In this document: positions 5,799 through 7,898 of the stretch, in pieces | How the letters are laid out: each line of letters begins with the position of its first letter | Numbering within the stretch: position 1 is the first letter of the stretch | Assembly: GCA_003144275.1 (NCBI GenBank) | Contig: NJBF01000080.1 | Coordinates: forward strand, 1-7,898 | DNA from: Candidatus Heimdallarchaeota archaeon B3_Heim | GTDB taxonomy: Archaea > Asgardarchaeota > Heimdallarchaeia > Hodarchaeales > Hodarchaeaceae | Direction: 5' to 3' | Length of the DNA: 7,898 nucleotides | Translations under genes and position numbers: made by a program | The notes under the pieces: generated by a model | The model's input: the letters and a program-made list of their open reading frames with translations, nothing else | The model's database searches: none | What the model was told of the DNA's origin: nothing

Positions 5799-6776
5799 TC
5801 AGAGGATTTCCGATTTAAATAAGATTTGACGTTGATCTGATTTTTTCTCCTCAGTCCATAACTTGAAAGGAATAGTTCGTGTTTTTTCTCCCTCTCTAAT
5901 AACAATACCATGATATTTCTTTAAAATTTGCTTTGATACCCACGAAAATCCTTGAGCGACAATATAAATACATGAAATTCCCTTAAATTCTTCTAATGTT
6001 TGATTCAATATTGGGTTTACGATTTTACTTATATCGTCAGCATCGACAGTTTCTTGCATGCAAAAAATCCAAATCATCATGCCTTGATGATCATAAGCGA
6101 TTAGATCAAATGGACCGCTTTCTATTAATGCCCCAGATGGCTGAATAAAAACAATATCTCCAATATTTTCAGAGTAAACAGTGAATCTTAAGGCTAATCC
6201 TCCTTCGATAGAAGGATCGCGTCCAATTATTATTGCATATAGTATTTCAATGAATTTTGGTTGTAAGCTGGCAAGTGTGAGAAGAATTTCTTCTCGTTCT
6301 CCCGATAGGTTAGAAATAATTGTCTCGCTAATCCCGTACTCCCGGGCAAAATTGCTGATAACCTGTGGTGATAACCCTGAAATATGACGGATTTCATCAA
6401 TCAATGAGCGGTGATAAGTACTTACAGATTTAGTATCGTATAACATTGAAAGCGATTTAAGAGACGCTAAATCCTTTTTGGGAATAAATTTTTGTTTATA
6501 AGAGAGACGACTAGAGTGTGATTGATTCTTCAAGAAGAAACGAGCTTGAAGCATACTAATTTCTTCAAGAGATTTTGTCAGTAGAGGAGTATTGCAATCT
6601 ACACAAGAATAGGAAACGCTACTAGCGGTGGAGAAGTGTTGAATTACTCCTACATCACAGAAGAAAGCTTTCCTGCAGGTAGGGCAATAATTAGCTTCGA
6701 ATTGATCTGAAATATCACGACTTGGCCCCCCTTCAAAGACACATGGACGACAATCACTATCACAATGAATCTTCAT
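5799..6776 (-). CDS. 325-aa protein: N-terminal Cys8/His zinc-binding domain and C-terminal PD-(D/E)xK (Mrr-like) fold lacking catalytic residues
   Basis: C5, C9, C12, C31xxC34, C40, H47, C58xxC61. The C-terminal FDLIAYD...IWIFCM...VDADDISKI...IYIVAQGFSWVSKQIL follows the Mrr_cat layout. ATG start with AGGTG 9 nt upstream. Confidence 0.65.
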   Translation of the reverse strand: MKIHCDSDCRPCVFEGGPSRDISDQFEANYCPTCRKAFFCDVGVIQHFSTASSVSYSCVDCNTPLLTKSLEEISMLQARFFLKNQSHSSRLSYKQKFIPKKDLASLKSLSMLYDTKSVSTYHRSLIDEIRHISGLSPQVISNFAREYGISETIISNLSGEREEILLTLASLQPKFIEILYAIIIGRDPSIEGGLALRFTVYSENIGDIVFIQPSGALIESGPFDLIAYDHQGMMIWIFCMQETVDADDISKIVNPILNQTLEEFKGISCIYIVAQGFSWVSKQILKKYHGIVIREGEKTRTIPFKLWTEEKKSDQRQILFKSEIL

Positions 6777-7018
6777 GGTTCTAGCACCTGAGCGAAATCT
6801 CGGAAGAAGGGGTATTTCTTAATTCTCCCACTACTAGGAACTTCTACGATCTATTATTTAAAAATTTTGTGGTTCAAATTATACTCAATTGATACTTTGC
6901 ACAAGGATTACTCTTTAATTAAATCTATGAGGTGTAAAACTCTTTTTATTTACAGAATAAATTTATAATTTCGCAAATATTCTTCCCGAATATAGACATC
7001 ACGTAGCGTTGATTAATT
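6777..7018. promoter_or_regulatory. AT-rich divergent promoter region
   Basis: 242-nt gap between head-to-head genes with TATA-like tracts around 6852-6868 and 6956-6970 (TTTATAA). Exact promoters cannot be assigned. Confidence 0.45.
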
Positions 7019-7447
7019 ATGGAATTTATGCAACAAACACACCAATATAGCTTCTTAATACGATTATTAAAAGGTGAAGATCTACTTCTATCATTACAAA
7101 AGTTTTGTGAGAAACATCCAGATATTGGAGCTGGGTCGATTTATGGGATAGGGGCTGTATCACAAGCAAAATATGGGTTTTTTAACGGAGAAAAATATCT
7201 AGAAAGTATTTTGGAAGAAAATCTTGAAGTACTGTCGATAATTGGTAATATTGCAGAGAATCAAATTGTCCATCTTCATGGAATTTTTGGTAGAGTCGAT
7301 GGAACTTGTGTGGGGGGGCATATTTTACCAGGGTGTATTATTTCGGTTACCTGTGAGCTTTCTGTTATGGTATTCAAACCCAAAGTTATTCGTGAATTAG
7401 ATCCCGAAACAAACTTGAAACTCCTATCGCTTCCCGAAAAAATGTGA
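7019..7447 (+). CDS. PPC/DUF296 domain protein
   Basis: LIRLLKGEDLLLSL, GIGAVS, LEVLSIIGNI, VHLHGIFG, VGGHIL and VTCEL are the conserved prokaryotic DUF296 motifs, including the HxH...GGH histidine triad. Confidence 0.93.
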   Translation: MEFMQQTHQYSFLIRLLKGEDLLLSLQKFCEKHPDIGAGSIYGIGAVSQAKYGFFNGEKYLESILEENLEVLSIIGNIAENQIVHLHGIFGRVDGTCVGGHILPGCIISVTCELSVMVFKPKVIRELDPETNLKLLSLPEKM

Positions 7448-7467
7448 ATATTGAGATGAAATGATAT

Positions 7468-7505
7468 GCGACAAATTTGTCCGCCACTAGGTACGTATCC
7501 TTAGT
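7468..7505. repeat. Two adjacent imperfect palindromes (candidate IS left-end hairpins)
   Basis: GCGACAAATTTGTCCGC (7468-7484) contains the perfect 12-mer GACAAATTTGTC (7470-7481). ACTAGGTACGTATCCTTAGT (7486-7505) is self-complementary apart from two bulged T. Confidence 0.65.
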
Positions 7506-7602
7506 ACAAGAAAAAAACATTCATTTTCGTCGTATTCGTCACTTTCACCGCTCTCTCTCTGTTTCAAGCTTATAAGAGGGAAAATACTAGAAAGAGGTGG
7601 GA

Positions 7603-7898
7603 ATGCGCACCAAGAAACACCCTCAACCGCAGTTAGCGATCCGAATGCAGCTGAAACCGCGGCCAATATTTACTGATTTGTACACCTGCGCGAAAAACCT
7701 CTATAATCGCGCCACCTATGAGGTTCGCCAAGAATTCTTCAGGGCAGGAAAATGGCTCCAGTATACGGCGCTATATCATCGGCTCAAGCACGAACCAGTC
7801 TATCTCGCATTAAAAACCATCTCGGATAGCTATTTACCTCAACAAGTCTTGCGACAGATAGAACAGGTCTGGCGGGGTTTTTTTAATGCCTTGAAAGC
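7603..7898 (+). CDS. tnpB: TnpB (IS200/IS605/IS607 OrfB) RNA-guided endonuclease family, N-terminal part, 3'-truncated by the window edge
   Basis: Not in the ORF track. My translation from ATG 7603: MRTKKHPQPQLAIRMQLKPRPIFTDLYTCAKNLYNRATYEVRQEFFRAGKWLQYTALYHRLKHEPVYLALKTISDSYLPQQVLRQIEQVWRGFFNALK. KNLYN..Y..RQ.FF, LY..LK....Y..L and QQVL......W..FF are typical of the TnpB N-terminus. GAGGTG at 7594-7599; alternative in-frame starts are GTG 7597 and ATG 7645. Confidence 0.88.
   Translation, partial: MRTKKHPQPQLAIRMQLKPRPIFTDLYTCAKNLYNRATYEVRQEFFRAGKWLQYTALYHRLKHEPVYLALKTISDSYLPQQVLRQIEQVWRGFFNALK

Larger units (their letters stand above)
7448..7898 (+). mobile_element. Left part of an IS200/IS605-superfamily element with no tnpA upstream of tnpB; exact left boundary unknown
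   Basis: tnpB ORF, two imperfect palindromes at 7468-7505, and a G+C shift (142 of 298 bases, about 48%, over 7601-7898 versus about 30% in spot-checked DUF296 sequence). Confidence 0.65.

Noticed and set aside
6181-6387. 68-aa plus-strand ORF
   Set aside because: Antisense within the 325-aa gene with no supporting signal.
1132-6776. Restriction-modification system (NPPY methyltransferase plus Mrr-like domain)
   Set aside because: VYPPSEDT and WAGG identify a HemK2/Mtq2 protein methyltransferase rather than a DNA m6A enzyme; the REase fold lacks ExK; the genes are about 4 kb apart.
1-7898. CRISPR array, tRNA or rRNA genes
   Set aside because: No regularly spaced repeats or RNA-gene signatures were seen, and the intergenic gaps are short and otherwise explained.

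Overview
AT-rich, densely coding archaeal DNA (roughly one third G+C by spot counts). The gene content points to Asgard archaea, possibly Heimdallarchaeia/Hodarchaeales-like, but this is an inference from an Mtq2/HemK2-type methyltransferase, a Rab-like small GTPase, a longin-like domain and AGGTG/GGAGG ribosome-binding sites. Left to right: (1) two translationally coupled RCK/TrkA-like genes, the first cut by the window edge and the second lacking the GxGxxG motif; (2) a minus-strand pair encoding a 955-aa protein with an N-terminal longin-like segment and a HemK2/Mtq2 release-factor glutamine methyltransferase; (3) a divergent 133-aa protein whose N-terminus matches histone-fold spacing and whose C-terminus carries five Cys; (4) a minus-strand pair encoding a Cys8/His zinc-finger protein with an apparently inactive PD-(D/E)xK (Mrr-like) domain and a Rab-like GTPase with degenerate G3/G4/G5 motifs; (5) a DUF296/PPC protein; (6) the left end of a GC-richer IS200/IS605-superfamily element whose tnpB, absent from the ORF track, runs off the right edge. 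The best candidate for an undescribed system is the 1806-6776 cluster of longin scaffold, histone-fold-like protein, degenerate GTPase and zinc finger/dead nuclease. All domain calls were made by eye and need profile or structure searches.
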